Position numbers and translations under genes: made by a program
Notes under the pieces: generated by a model
What the model was told of the DNA's origin: nothing
What the model saw: the letters and a program-made list of their open reading frames with translations, nothing else
Databases searched by the model: none
From: an uncultured archaeon
GTDB taxonomy: Archaea; Thermoplasmatota; Thermoplasmata; Thermoplasmatales; Thermoplasmataceae
Direction of reading: 5' to 3'
Assembly: GCA_000965745.1 (NCBI GenBank)
Contig: CP009479.1
Span: forward strand, 1,696,001-1,760,000
Length of the DNA: 64,000 nt
Shown here: positions 40,204 through 48,935 of the stretch, in pieces
How the letters are laid out: the number at the start of each line of letters is the position of its first letter
How positions within the stretch are numbered: position 1 is the stretch's first letter

Positions 40204-40908
40204 TCAATATGGCAGGCTGATCCTTGTGGATCTGTCGATTCTGCCTATTTTTTCAAATATTTTCAAAAGAAGCTGTGAATATTCACTACCATCAGACAGA
40301 TCACTGTAGGTAACTCCGCCGTTGTGGAGGTTCGCATGGATTATCGTGTTGTTCCCAAGATAGAGGCCAACGTGTCCTTCAAAGAAGACAAGGTCGCCTG
40401 ATTCAGCGTCTTCAAACGAGTCGACTGTTAATGAATTATCCCTCTGCCAACCCGCATTTCTCGGAATTTCAATCCCATTGAACCTGAAAAGCCTCTGCGT
40501 GAAGCCTGAGCAGTCATAGCCCAGATCGGACGTGCCTCCCCAGAGGTATGGGACTGTCAGGAACTCATGGGCAGACTCTGAAGGTTCAAGCCTTTCTTCA
40601 AGTTTCATCAGCAGGTTTTCGGGGATATCATGTTCGGAAATATCATCATCGTTGACACAGGACCCGAATGAAAAGATCATTCTCGTTGAGCGATAATTTC
40701 TCCTAATCCTGTAATTTTTCTTTCTGCCTTCCGATACCAGGGTTCTGAGGACGTATCCTTTCAGCTTGTCCGCCCCTTCCACGTAAAGGTAATCATCGGA
40801 TTCTGAAATCACCTTGACTTCTTCGCCGAATATTAGCTGAGAGTCCCTTTCACTGTGAAAGTCTGCCCCGACCCTGACATCTGCAACGCTGAAGGAAATG
40901 TATGACAT
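40204..40908 (-). CDS. NlpC/P60 (C40) peptidase, YkfC-like gamma-D-glutamyl-diamino acid endopeptidase
   Basis: SH3-like N-terminus (SQLIFGEEV), PYLWGG, DCSGF, PRNAGWQ, GDLVFF.GHVGLY, IIHA; no signal peptide; TTTTAA about 25 nt before ATG 40908. Confidence 0.85.
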   Translation of the reverse strand: MSYISFSVADVRVGADFHSERDSQLIFGEEVKVISESDDYLYVEGADKLKGYVLRTLVSEGRKKNYRIRRNYRSTRMIFSFGSCVNDDDISEHDIPENLLMKLEERLEPSESAHEFLTVPYLWGGTSDLGYDCSGFTQRLFRFNGIEIPRNAGWQRDNSLTVDSFEDAESGDLVFFEGHVGLYLGNNTIIHANLHNGGVTYSDLSDGSEYSQLLLKIFEKIGRIDRSTRISLPY

Positions 40909-41001
40909 GCCTGCGGTCATTCTCAGGACGCCTTAAAAGCTTTTTACCCGATTCTTCACTCTCCTGATGCAACTTAAATAAGATGGCAAAGATACTGTGG
41001 C

Positions 41002-42279
41002 ATGTCTGGCAGACTGCATATCCCTCCACCTTTCCAGGAAAGAGAAGGCCGCCTGTATCTTGATGGCCTTGACCTTGTTGAAATAGCTTCCAGGTATGGA
41101 ACGCCCGTTTACGTCACTTCATCAGGAAGGATCAGGGAGAATTACAGGAGAATTTACAGTGCATTCAAGGAGAGGTATGATAATTTTTCCGTGAAATACG
41201 CAGTCAAAGCAAATTCAAATCCACACATAATCTCGGTCCTGGCAGAAGAAGGGGCAGGAGCTGATGTCTCCAACCTGAACGAGCTTCTTATTGCAGAAAA
41301 GTCAGGCATTCCCGCAAAGCAGATCCTCATGTCGCCCAACAACCTCAGCAGGGAGGAACTTGCTAAAGCCTCCAGCAGGGGTGTTGCGATTAACTTTGAC
41401 GACATAGGCCAAATGGAAATCATTTCAGACAGCCTTCCGAGTTTAGTTTCGTTCAGGGTAAACCCCGGCATCGGCAGGGGAGAATTTCCCGGAACAGTAA
41501 CTGCGGGCCCGGACGCCAAGTTTGGAATCCCTGAGGATCACGTTATTGAAGCGTACAGGAAAGCGAAGGATCACGGTGTCAGAAGATTCGGCATCCAGAT
41601 GATGACCGGTTCCAACGTTCTGGATTCCGGCTATTTTGGTGCGATAACATCAAAATTATTTGACATAACAAGAAGAATAAGCGATCATGCAGGCATTGAT
41701 TTTGAATTCGTGGACATAGGTGGAGGCTTTGGCGTCCCATACAGGCCTGATGAAAAGGCACTCCCGATCGATGTTGTGGCCGGGGAAGTGTCCAGAGGCC
41801 TGAAGGATAAGTTCGCTTCCGTTGGAAAACCTCTCCCTGCACTCTTTGTGGAGCCTGGCAGGTATCTTGTTGCGGATTCGACGGTGCTGCTCGGCAGAAT
41901 AACAAACGTGAAGTCATATGGAAAGACATTCATCGGGACTGATGTGGGGATGAATACGCTACTGAGGCCCGCACTTTATGGAGCATACCATCCGGTTTCG
42001 ATTGCCAACAAGCTCGATCATGAAGCCAAAATCACTGCAGATGTTGTAGGGCAGATCTGTGAAAACACTGACCGGATTGCCCTTGACAGACGCCTCCCCG
42101 ATGTTGAGGAGGGAGATATACTGGCAGTTTTCAATGCCGGGGCATACGGATTCAGCATGAGCAACCAGTTTAATGGCCACGGAAAGCCCGCTGAAGTCCT
42201 GGTCTCCGACGGTAAAGACAAGCTCATAAGGAGAAGGGAAAACATAGATGATCTACTGCAGACCGTGGTCCACGATTAA
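41002..42279 (+). CDS. lysA: Diaminopimelate decarboxylase
   Basis: YGTP, YAVKAN (PLP Lys), RVNP, KFG, DIGGGFG, EPGRYLV, RPALY, GQICENTD, GAYG. Confidence 0.92.
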   Translation: MSGRLHIPPPFQEREGRLYLDGLDLVEIASRYGTPVYVTSSGRIRENYRRIYSAFKERYDNFSVKYAVKANSNPHIISVLAEEGAGADVSNLNELLIAEKSGIPAKQILMSPNNLSREELAKASSRGVAINFDDIGQMEIISDSLPSLVSFRVNPGIGRGEFPGTVTAGPDAKFGIPEDHVIEAYRKAKDHGVRRFGIQMMTGSNVLDSGYFGAITSKLFDITRRISDHAGIDFEFVDIGGGFGVPYRPDEKALPIDVVAGEVSRGLKDKFASVGKPLPALFVEPGRYLVADSTVLLGRITNVKSYGKTFIGTDVGMNTLLRPALYGAYHPVSIANKLDHEAKITADVVGQICENTDRIALDRRLPDVEEGDILAVFNAGAYGFSMSNQFNGHGKPAEVLVSDGKDKLIRRRENIDDLLQTVVHD

Positions 42280-42326
42280 AAAAATTGAAAATATGATTTA
42301 AAAAAATATAAAAAATATTTTATTGG
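42280..42326 (-). terminator. T-rich terminator region of the SBP gene (between convergent lysA and SBP)
   Basis: Multiple A runs on the + strand (T runs on -) after the SBP stop. Confidence 0.45.
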
Positions 42327-45122
42327 TTACGTGTAGGACAGGTACTGATACAGCATTATGTTGTCCCCGGCAACCATGATATTCTCCTCGTACGTTGTGA
42401 TCGCAGTCGGATTAATCTGAGGGCTTATCTCCCTCCACTGGATTTCCTGAACGATCGGAATGGTCAGCGTCAGATTCACGAACTCGCCGTTCATTTTCTG
42501 GAACCAGTACTTGGACTGATCCGGAGTGAGTGCTGCCGATCCATTGTTGTAATCATTCACAAGGCTCTGCAGGGACATGGCCTCAGTCTTGTTCTGGTAT
42601 GAATTCGACGTGTTGCCATAGATCCAGTACGGAGTCATGTCAGACGGCCCGACGAAGGTGGACCCGTTTGTAGGCAGTGCTATTGGAGCCAGGTAGTCCG
42701 TGGGGTACGGGTAATCCGGATACCAGTCCTGGATGAATATCGGCATCGGGTTCCCGTTCGGAACGTCGTATGCATTCCTGACTATCCCAGTTACCTGCTG
42801 TATAGTCAGTTTAATGCCAGTCAGGTTGGAGACTGCACTTGCCCATACCGGCAGCATGCCTATATCTGAGGTCTTCTGCGTAAGGATAAATACCGGTATC
42901 TGGACCTGTTTGCTGTTGTACATTGCCTTTCCGCCTGAATATGTTATTCCGAGGTTATTGGACCCATTAAGGAAGTAGTTCCAGTATTGTTTGGCAAGCG
43001 TAGGACTGAAGTAAGGCACCGCCGAACCAGATGCATTCAGCTGAGCCGGTGACTGTGCATACAGCATTCCTGCTGGGAGTGCTCCCGCGAAGCTCTGTCC
43101 GAATTTTGTGTGGTAAATAGAGTTTCCCAGTTCGTAATTAAGGTAGTACTGGTCATTGAATGCATATGAAAGTGCTTTCCTCACATTCAGGTCAGAGAAC
43201 AGATTTGAGGGCATATTGGCCTGAGAATCAATGTTCTTTGTCAGCATGGTTGTGTTAACATTGGCATTGAATGCGTACCACCATATCCCAAGGGATGGAT
43301 ATCCATAAGGCTTTGCCGCTCCACTGTTGTTCAGTGCCTGGACATCATTCCAGTTTGCTGTCGGGATGCTTGTTCCCTGAGCCTGTCCTGATTTGACTGC
43401 CAGGTAAGCCTGTGAAGGCGAGTTGATGTAGTTTATCACAATCTCGTGTATCTTCGGCTTGGGGTCCCAGGACCCTGGTGACGTGAATTCCGGATTTGCA
43501 ACCAGAACAACCTGTGAGCTCGGGCTGATATATGCTATCTTATATGGCCCCGTGGCCAGTACATGGTTCTCCACATACTGGTTGTAATTCCCCGAATCTG
43601 CCTGCGACTGGTAGTTCTTGAATCCCTGCGGTGACCACTTTATCCCCGCACCATGTGCTTCAAGCCACTTTGCACTTGTAATCCATGTTCCGCTGGTTTC
43701 CAGTATCTGGAAAACAAGGGCTGCAGGCATTGAGTTCTGGAAATGGAATGTTATTGAGTTTGTATTGTTGTTCACTGTCATGTTGTTCGTGATGTTGTAG
43801 AATGTATTGCTTGAGAAATAGTCTCCCGGAAGCAGATACTGTGCCTGAATCCATCCCGGTGTCCCTGGTGATCCGCCGTCAAAGAGCAGAGTCCTGGTGA
43901 ATGAGTACATTACATCCCATGCCGTAACAGGAGATCCATCCTGGAATGAGGCGTTCTGCCTTATCTGGAATGTAAAGTTCTGTGACGGCCTGAGGTGAAC
44001 AGTGTATGTGGTTCCCCACGGGGTTGTCTCAGTGTAGTTCTTTGAGTTGTTGTTAACCATGCCGTTTGCCATTGACGGCACTGCAGTGGCGAGGGCAGGC
44101 AGGAATGAAGTTGCCGATGACTTGTTGAAAGTAAGCAGCCATTGAGCTGTGTTGTCCAGTATGCTGTATCCAAGAAGATCATAGTTGATAGCCGGGTCGA
44201 GTGTTGTATAACCTCCAGGTGCAACCTGATCGTTCACAAAGATGGAGTTGCTGGTTGGAGGCTGATAAAGTACCGCGTTTTTAAACACCGGCACATCAGT
44301 GTAGTAATTTGTGCTGTGAAGCCCCATGGATACGTTAAGCGCGCCTGTGGTTGTGTTGGCAACATCTGCAGTGTACGTTGTGACTTCTATCACATAGTAC
44401 CCTTCCTTCATTCCACTCATGTTGAGAAGTGAAGATGAGGATGGAAGCTCATATACACCGGAACTCGAATTGAACGAATAACCAAGCTGTTCAGATCTCA
44501 TGATGGATCCGTTAAGGTACAAATTGGCTGTCTGGCTGACAACCTGGAAACTCGAATTTGAAGGCTGTGTGAAATATCCTATCAGGAATGATGCATGTGA
44601 GCCCGGGGAAAAGACCGTGGTCTGATTGATCTCAGGCTGACTTGACCCGGACTGAACCAGGTTTACAAGACCTATCGATGAATACTGGTCCAGTGATGAA
44701 CTGGTGGCTATGACCTTCACCATTGAACCGCTTCCCTCATACACTGAATTTCCAAAGTTGATTGTGTAGTATATGTAATAGGTTCCAGGGTGTTCATAGA
44801 CGTGCGAAACAGATATGTTGGTAGTTCCGGAATAGTATATCTTAGTCTGTGTGTGGTCTCCAAAATAGACAGTCATGTCCTTGAATACTCCATTAGCATG
44901 CACTGTGAAATTATACGTGCTGCCCGTGGCTGTTGACGATGCAGCGCTGGCTACATTCGCGGAACTTCCCCGGGCCGTAGAATGACCGAAATTCAGTACG
45001 GCAAGTCCGGCGATTATGATGACCAGCACCACAATTACCGCAAGGAGCGCCCTGCTCCCTGAACCTCTCCCCGCTGGTGGTCCAGCCGGGCCAGGTACAA
45101 TCGGATCTTTTGTATCTGTCAT
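42327..45122 (-). CDS. ABC solute-binding protein family 5 with TM and PKD-like domain (paralog 2)
   Basis: YFGD...HVY, TLDPA, FQDGSPVTAWDVMYSFTRTLLFD, WYPDYPYP. Confidence 0.85.
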   Translation of the reverse strand: MTDTKDPIVPGPAGPPAGRGSGSRALLAVIVVLVIIIAGLAVLNFGHSTARGSSANVASAASSTATGSTYNFTVHANGVFKDMTVYFGDHTQTKIYYSGTTNISVSHVYEHPGTYYIYYTINFGNSVYEGSGSMVKVIATSSSLDQYSSIGLVNLVQSGSSQPEINQTTVFSPGSHASFLIGYFTQPSNSSFQVVSQTANLYLNGSIMRSEQLGYSFNSSSGVYELPSSSSLLNMSGMKEGYYVIEVTTYTADVANTTTGALNVSMGLHSTNYYTDVPVFKNAVLYQPPTSNSIFVNDQVAPGGYTTLDPAINYDLLGYSILDNTAQWLLTFNKSSATSFLPALATAVPSMANGMVNNNSKNYTETTPWGTTYTVHLRPSQNFTFQIRQNASFQDGSPVTAWDVMYSFTRTLLFDGGSPGTPGWIQAQYLLPGDYFSSNTFYNITNNMTVNNNTNSITFHFQNSMPAALVFQILETSGTWITSAKWLEAHGAGIKWSPQGFKNYQSQADSGNYNQYVENHVLATGPYKIAYISPSSQVVLVANPEFTSPGSWDPKPKIHEIVINYINSPSQAYLAVKSGQAQGTSIPTANWNDVQALNNSGAAKPYGYPSLGIWWYAFNANVNTTMLTKNIDSQANMPSNLFSDLNVRKALSYAFNDQYYLNYELGNSIYHTKFGQSFAGALPAGMLYAQSPAQLNASGSAVPYFSPTLAKQYWNYFLNGSNNLGITYSGGKAMYNSKQVQIPVFILTQKTSDIGMLPVWASAVSNLTGIKLTIQQVTGIVRNAYDVPNGNPMPIFIQDWYPDYPYPTDYLAPIALPTNGSTFVGPSDMTPYWIYGNTSNSYQNKTEAMSLQSLVNDYNNGSAALTPDQSKYWFQKMNGEFVNLTLTIPIVQEIQWREISPQINPTAITTYEENIMVAGDNIMLYQYLSYT

Positions 45123-45262
45123 TTGTTATCATGGGGGTAAAAAGTTCCAATATATAAAATTCTGTTTTCGTTTCTATAATCCGAATATCGTTATAAACCA
45201 GTCAGTCAGAGAGAGGTTACGAAATAATATAATGCCGCCTATCCATGTAATCCCTGATTAAC

Positions 45263-46198
45263 ATGAGCATCAAATCAATTGACGGCTGGAATTTTGACAG
45301 AATACATTTTTCCTGGAAACCCTCCATGGAACCAATTGATAGCGTTAAAGACGGTGAGGAATTCGAGGTAAGCGTGCCGGATTCATCAACAATGCAGGTT
45401 AAGGAAGACTGGACTACCAGTGATATGGATCATCTGGATACCAGCAAATTCGATGGAGCAGTAGGCCCTGTTTACGTTGAAGGCGCCGAGGCCGGAGATG
45501 TTCTGGAGGTAGAAATCGTGGATATAAAAACCGGAAGATGGGGATGGACATCCATTCAACCAGACTTTGGCTTCATCAAGAAAAGGTTCCAGAACAGGCT
45601 GATCATCTGGAAGATACAGGACGGGGTTGCTTATACAGATGATGATTTTCTCAAAGGTGTCAGGATAGAGGCAAAACCGTTCCTCGGAGTTACAGGCGTA
45701 GCACCTGGGAGCGGGGAGTACGGCATGATACCGCCTCAGTACTTCGGGGGCAACATGGATAACCATCTTCTTGTCAAGGGTGCAAAATTGTATCTTCCGG
45801 TTCACCAGAAAGGCGCCCTCCTATCCGTCTCAGATCCACATGCTTCCCAGGGCGATGGTGAGGTTTGTGGGACGGCAATAGAGACAAGCGCCAATGTAAC
45901 TCTCCGGGTGAGCGTCCTGAAGGGCAGGAATATGAAATTTCCCAGGGCTGTTTCACCCTATACAGACACTGATGAAAAAATCGTGGCTATGGGGATTGCC
46001 CCCGATCTTAAGGAGGCCGCATCAATTGCCGTCGACAGCATGATCGAGGAGTTGCAGACGAAAGGGTTTACCGATGAGGAGGCTTATGCCCTGATGAGCG
46101 TGGCTGGCGACCTCAGGATCTCCGAGGTTGTCGATGAGCCCAACTTTGTTGTATCTGCAACCATGGCTGCCAGGTACGCCAGAAGGGAGCGGGATTAA
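45263..46198 (+). CDS. Acetamidase/formamidase family protein
   Basis: GPVYVEGAEAGD, PFLGV, GGNMD, DPHASQGDGEVCGTAIE. Confidence 0.9.
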   Translation: MSIKSIDGWNFDRIHFSWKPSMEPIDSVKDGEEFEVSVPDSSTMQVKEDWTTSDMDHLDTSKFDGAVGPVYVEGAEAGDVLEVEIVDIKTGRWGWTSIQPDFGFIKKRFQNRLIIWKIQDGVAYTDDDFLKGVRIEAKPFLGVTGVAPGSGEYGMIPPQYFGGNMDNHLLVKGAKLYLPVHQKGALLSVSDPHASQGDGEVCGTAIETSANVTLRVSVLKGRNMKFPRAVSPYTDTDEKIVAMGIAPDLKEAASIAVDSMIEELQTKGFTDEEAYALMSVAGDLRISEVVDEPNFVVSATMAARYARRERD

Positions 46199-48832
46199 CT
46201 ATCCCGGAATCCCTCCCTTCCTGTATTTTACAAGTTTTACAATTTCCATCCAGAAAGATGACAGTACAGAGGCTGCAATGATCATCAGCCAGTCCGGAAC
46301 CGTCAGGGAAGCTGTGCTGAGCAGCACCTGCAGTTCCGGAAATATTGTTATCACTGCCAGTGCCATGACCACTCCAACTCCCCAGAGAACTATTATCCTG
46401 TTTGAGAAAAACCCTTTCCTTAGAACAGGCTCCCTTTCCGTCCGCAGATTCTGTGCCAGGAAAACGTGTGAGAGGACCCATGTCGCGAATGCCGCCGTCT
46501 GTGCTTCTATTACGTTTCCGGTAACAAAGTAGGAGTACAGATAGATGAATGTCACAGCAACTACAAGCCCGGCAGATCCAAAGATTATGCCGGTCTTCAT
46601 GCTTCTGCCCAGGAACTTGCTTCCTGTTCCATGGGGAGGCTGGTCCATTATTCCGCTCTCTCCGCGTTCGGAGACGAATCCACCCAGAGCCGCCACGTCC
46701 ATGAACAGCTCGATGACAATGATCTGTATGGGTGAGAACGGAAATGGAATGGAAAGGAGCAGTGGAATTACAAAAATGGAGACAAGAGACATCTTCACCG
46801 TTATGTAGTACCTGACCCCCTTTCTCAGCGTGTGGAATATCTTCCTCCCCTCCCTCACGGCATCAACGATCGTTGAAAAGTTGTCGTCCATGAGGACCAT
46901 GTCCGAAGCTTCCTTGGCCACGTCGGTCCCGCGTATTCCCATGGATATTCCTATCTGGGCTGTCTGAAGGGCCGGCGAATCGTTAACACCGTCTCCGGTC
47001 ACCGCGACTATCTGGTCAAGCCCCTCCAGGAGTTTCACTATCCTGAGCTTGTCCTCTGATGTTATCCTGGCAAAGACCGAGACTTTTCCGAGCTCCTCAC
47101 TGAGGAGATCATCATCCATGTCCTGCAATTGGGTTCCGGTGATCACACGCCCAGTGTGGTTTATTCCCACACTGTTCGCGATGGACCTCGCTGTCCGGGG
47201 GTGGTCTCCCGTAAGCATGATCACCCTGATACCTGCGTTCTGGCATCTCCTGATGGCGCTCTTTATTTCAGGCCTCGGAGGATCAACAAAACTTATAAGG
47301 CCTGCAAAAGTCAGGTCACGTTCGAGGCTTTCCCTCGTGTCCTCCGGATCGATCCCCTCCCTGAAAGATACAGCGATGATCCTTTCGCCCATTTCAGTCA
47401 GGTATTCAACAGATTCCAGTATTCTTTCACGGTCAGCATTTGTGATTTCCCTTGCCACATTGTTCTCATAGATCCGTGCGGAACTCTCAACCACAACTTC
47501 CGGTGCACCACTGACATATATCGCGTTCTCCCTGTCCTCGCGATAAATGTAGGATGACATCTTTATCCTGTTGTCGAAGCCGAATTCCTCGATGACTTCA
47601 AACCTCGATCGAAGATGGCCTATATCCGCACCTATTCTGTTTGCATATTCCAGAACTGCCACCTCCATTGGGTCCTTGTATTTTGACGACACCCGGATGT
47701 CAGAAAGGAGTGTGCCGGTGCACAGCACTCCTATGTCCATGAATTCTGTGGGCGGAACACTGGAACTCTCCTTCATTTCCCCGTTGAAGTATGTATGCCC
47801 GACGTTCATCCTGTTCTCGGTGATTGTGCCGGTCTTGTCGGTTGCAATCACGGTGACATTCCCAAGGGTCTCCGCTGCCCTCAGGCTCCTGACTATTGCA
47901 TTCTTCCTCGACAGCGCGTAGGCACCCACTGCCAGCGTGACAGAGATGACGATGGGTAGCTCTTCCGGTACGGTGGCGAACGCCATCGAGAGTGCTGTTA
48001 TTATCATCAGGTCCAGTGGCTGACCCTCGAAGTATCCTATCAGTGGTATTGACACGCTGAAGAATATTGCAACAAACGCCAGGATGAAGGCAAGCTTATT
48101 CATCGACTCTTCAAGGGGTGTCTCAGGCTCCTCAGCTTCCTCAACCAGCTGGGATATCCTCCCGATCTCAGTATTCCTGCCCGTGCCGGTTACTATCATC
48201 TTCGCGGTTCCCTGCACCATGAGTGTCCCGGAAAATACCATGTTGAAGAGATCCGCGATCTGGCTGCCCTCCGGAATCCTGTCATAAAACTTGCTTACTG
48301 GAAAGGATTCACCCGTAAGGGAGGATTCGTCCACTTTCGTGTTGTAGGAGTCTATGAGCCTCCCATCGGCCGGGATACGGTCCCCCGCGGAAAGAATAAG
48401 GACGTCACCGGGAACAATGTACCTGCTCTTGATTTCTGTTAATTTCCGGCCCCTGTATACCACGGAGGAGAGTGAGGTGAGAGCCTTGAGCGCTTCCATG
48501 GACTTCCTTGCCCTGTTTATGTTGAACACTTCTATGATGACCACCAGCAGGACAATGACTACGATGGTGAGGGAATCGGCAGGATTGCCTATGAAGGAAT
48601 AGATGACGGCCACAACAACCAGTATTATGATCATGGGTTCCCGGATTTCCTCCAGAAGAACATCGAGGAAACCCTTCTTTTTTGCCTCGGTGAGCCGGTT
48701 CTGGCCGAACTGCTTCAGGCGTTTGTCTGCATCATCCTGAGTGAGGCCGCCCTCAGGATCAGTGTGAAGGGAGGATATGAATTCATGCAGCTCCAGGTGA
48801 GAAACTGCAACGGGATCTGCTTTATCTGTCAT
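46199..48832 (-). CDS. Type II cation-transporting P-type ATPase (Ca2+-type)
   Basis: LTGES, VPEEL, DKTGT, DPPR, TGD, TGDGVNDSPAL. Confidence 0.93.
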   Translation of the reverse strand: MTDKADPVAVSHLELHEFISSLHTDPEGGLTQDDADKRLKQFGQNRLTEAKKKGFLDVLLEEIREPMIIILVVVAVIYSFIGNPADSLTIVVIVLLVVIIEVFNINRARKSMEALKALTSLSSVVYRGRKLTEIKSRYIVPGDVLILSAGDRIPADGRLIDSYNTKVDESSLTGESFPVSKFYDRIPEGSQIADLFNMVFSGTLMVQGTAKMIVTGTGRNTEIGRISQLVEEAEEPETPLEESMNKLAFILAFVAIFFSVSIPLIGYFEGQPLDLMIITALSMAFATVPEELPIVISVTLAVGAYALSRKNAIVRSLRAAETLGNVTVIATDKTGTITENRMNVGHTYFNGEMKESSSVPPTEFMDIGVLCTGTLLSDIRVSSKYKDPMEVAVLEYANRIGADIGHLRSRFEVIEEFGFDNRIKMSSYIYREDRENAIYVSGAPEVVVESSARIYENNVAREITNADRERILESVEYLTEMGERIIAVSFREGIDPEDTRESLERDLTFAGLISFVDPPRPEIKSAIRRCQNAGIRVIMLTGDHPRTARSIANSVGINHTGRVITGTQLQDMDDDLLSEELGKVSVFARITSEDKLRIVKLLEGLDQIVAVTGDGVNDSPALQTAQIGISMGIRGTDVAKEASDMVLMDDNFSTIVDAVREGRKIFHTLRKGVRYYITVKMSLVSIFVIPLLLSIPFPFSPIQIIVIELFMDVAALGGFVSERGESGIMDQPPHGTGSKFLGRSMKTGIIFGSAGLVVAVTFIYLYSYFVTGNVIEAQTAAFATWVLSHVFLAQNLRTEREPVLRKGFFSNRIIVLWGVGVVMALAVITIFPELQVLLSTASLTVPDWLMIIAASVLSSFWMEIVKLVKYRKGGIPG

Positions 48833-48935
48833 CAGAACAGGGAAATATGTTGACTCTGTTCATAAGGGCCATACCGAACATGTTATGAAACAGTTCGATA
48901 TCTTTAAACAGGAGCATAAACCGCCACAATTCAAC

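Noticed and set aside
26840-42279. Evidence that the host builds its own peptidoglycan, or that this is bacterial DNA
   Set aside because: No mur ligases, mraY, murG or synthetic PBPs in the window; archaeal promoters and archaeal-type surface proteins are interleaved. Still needs genome-level confirmation
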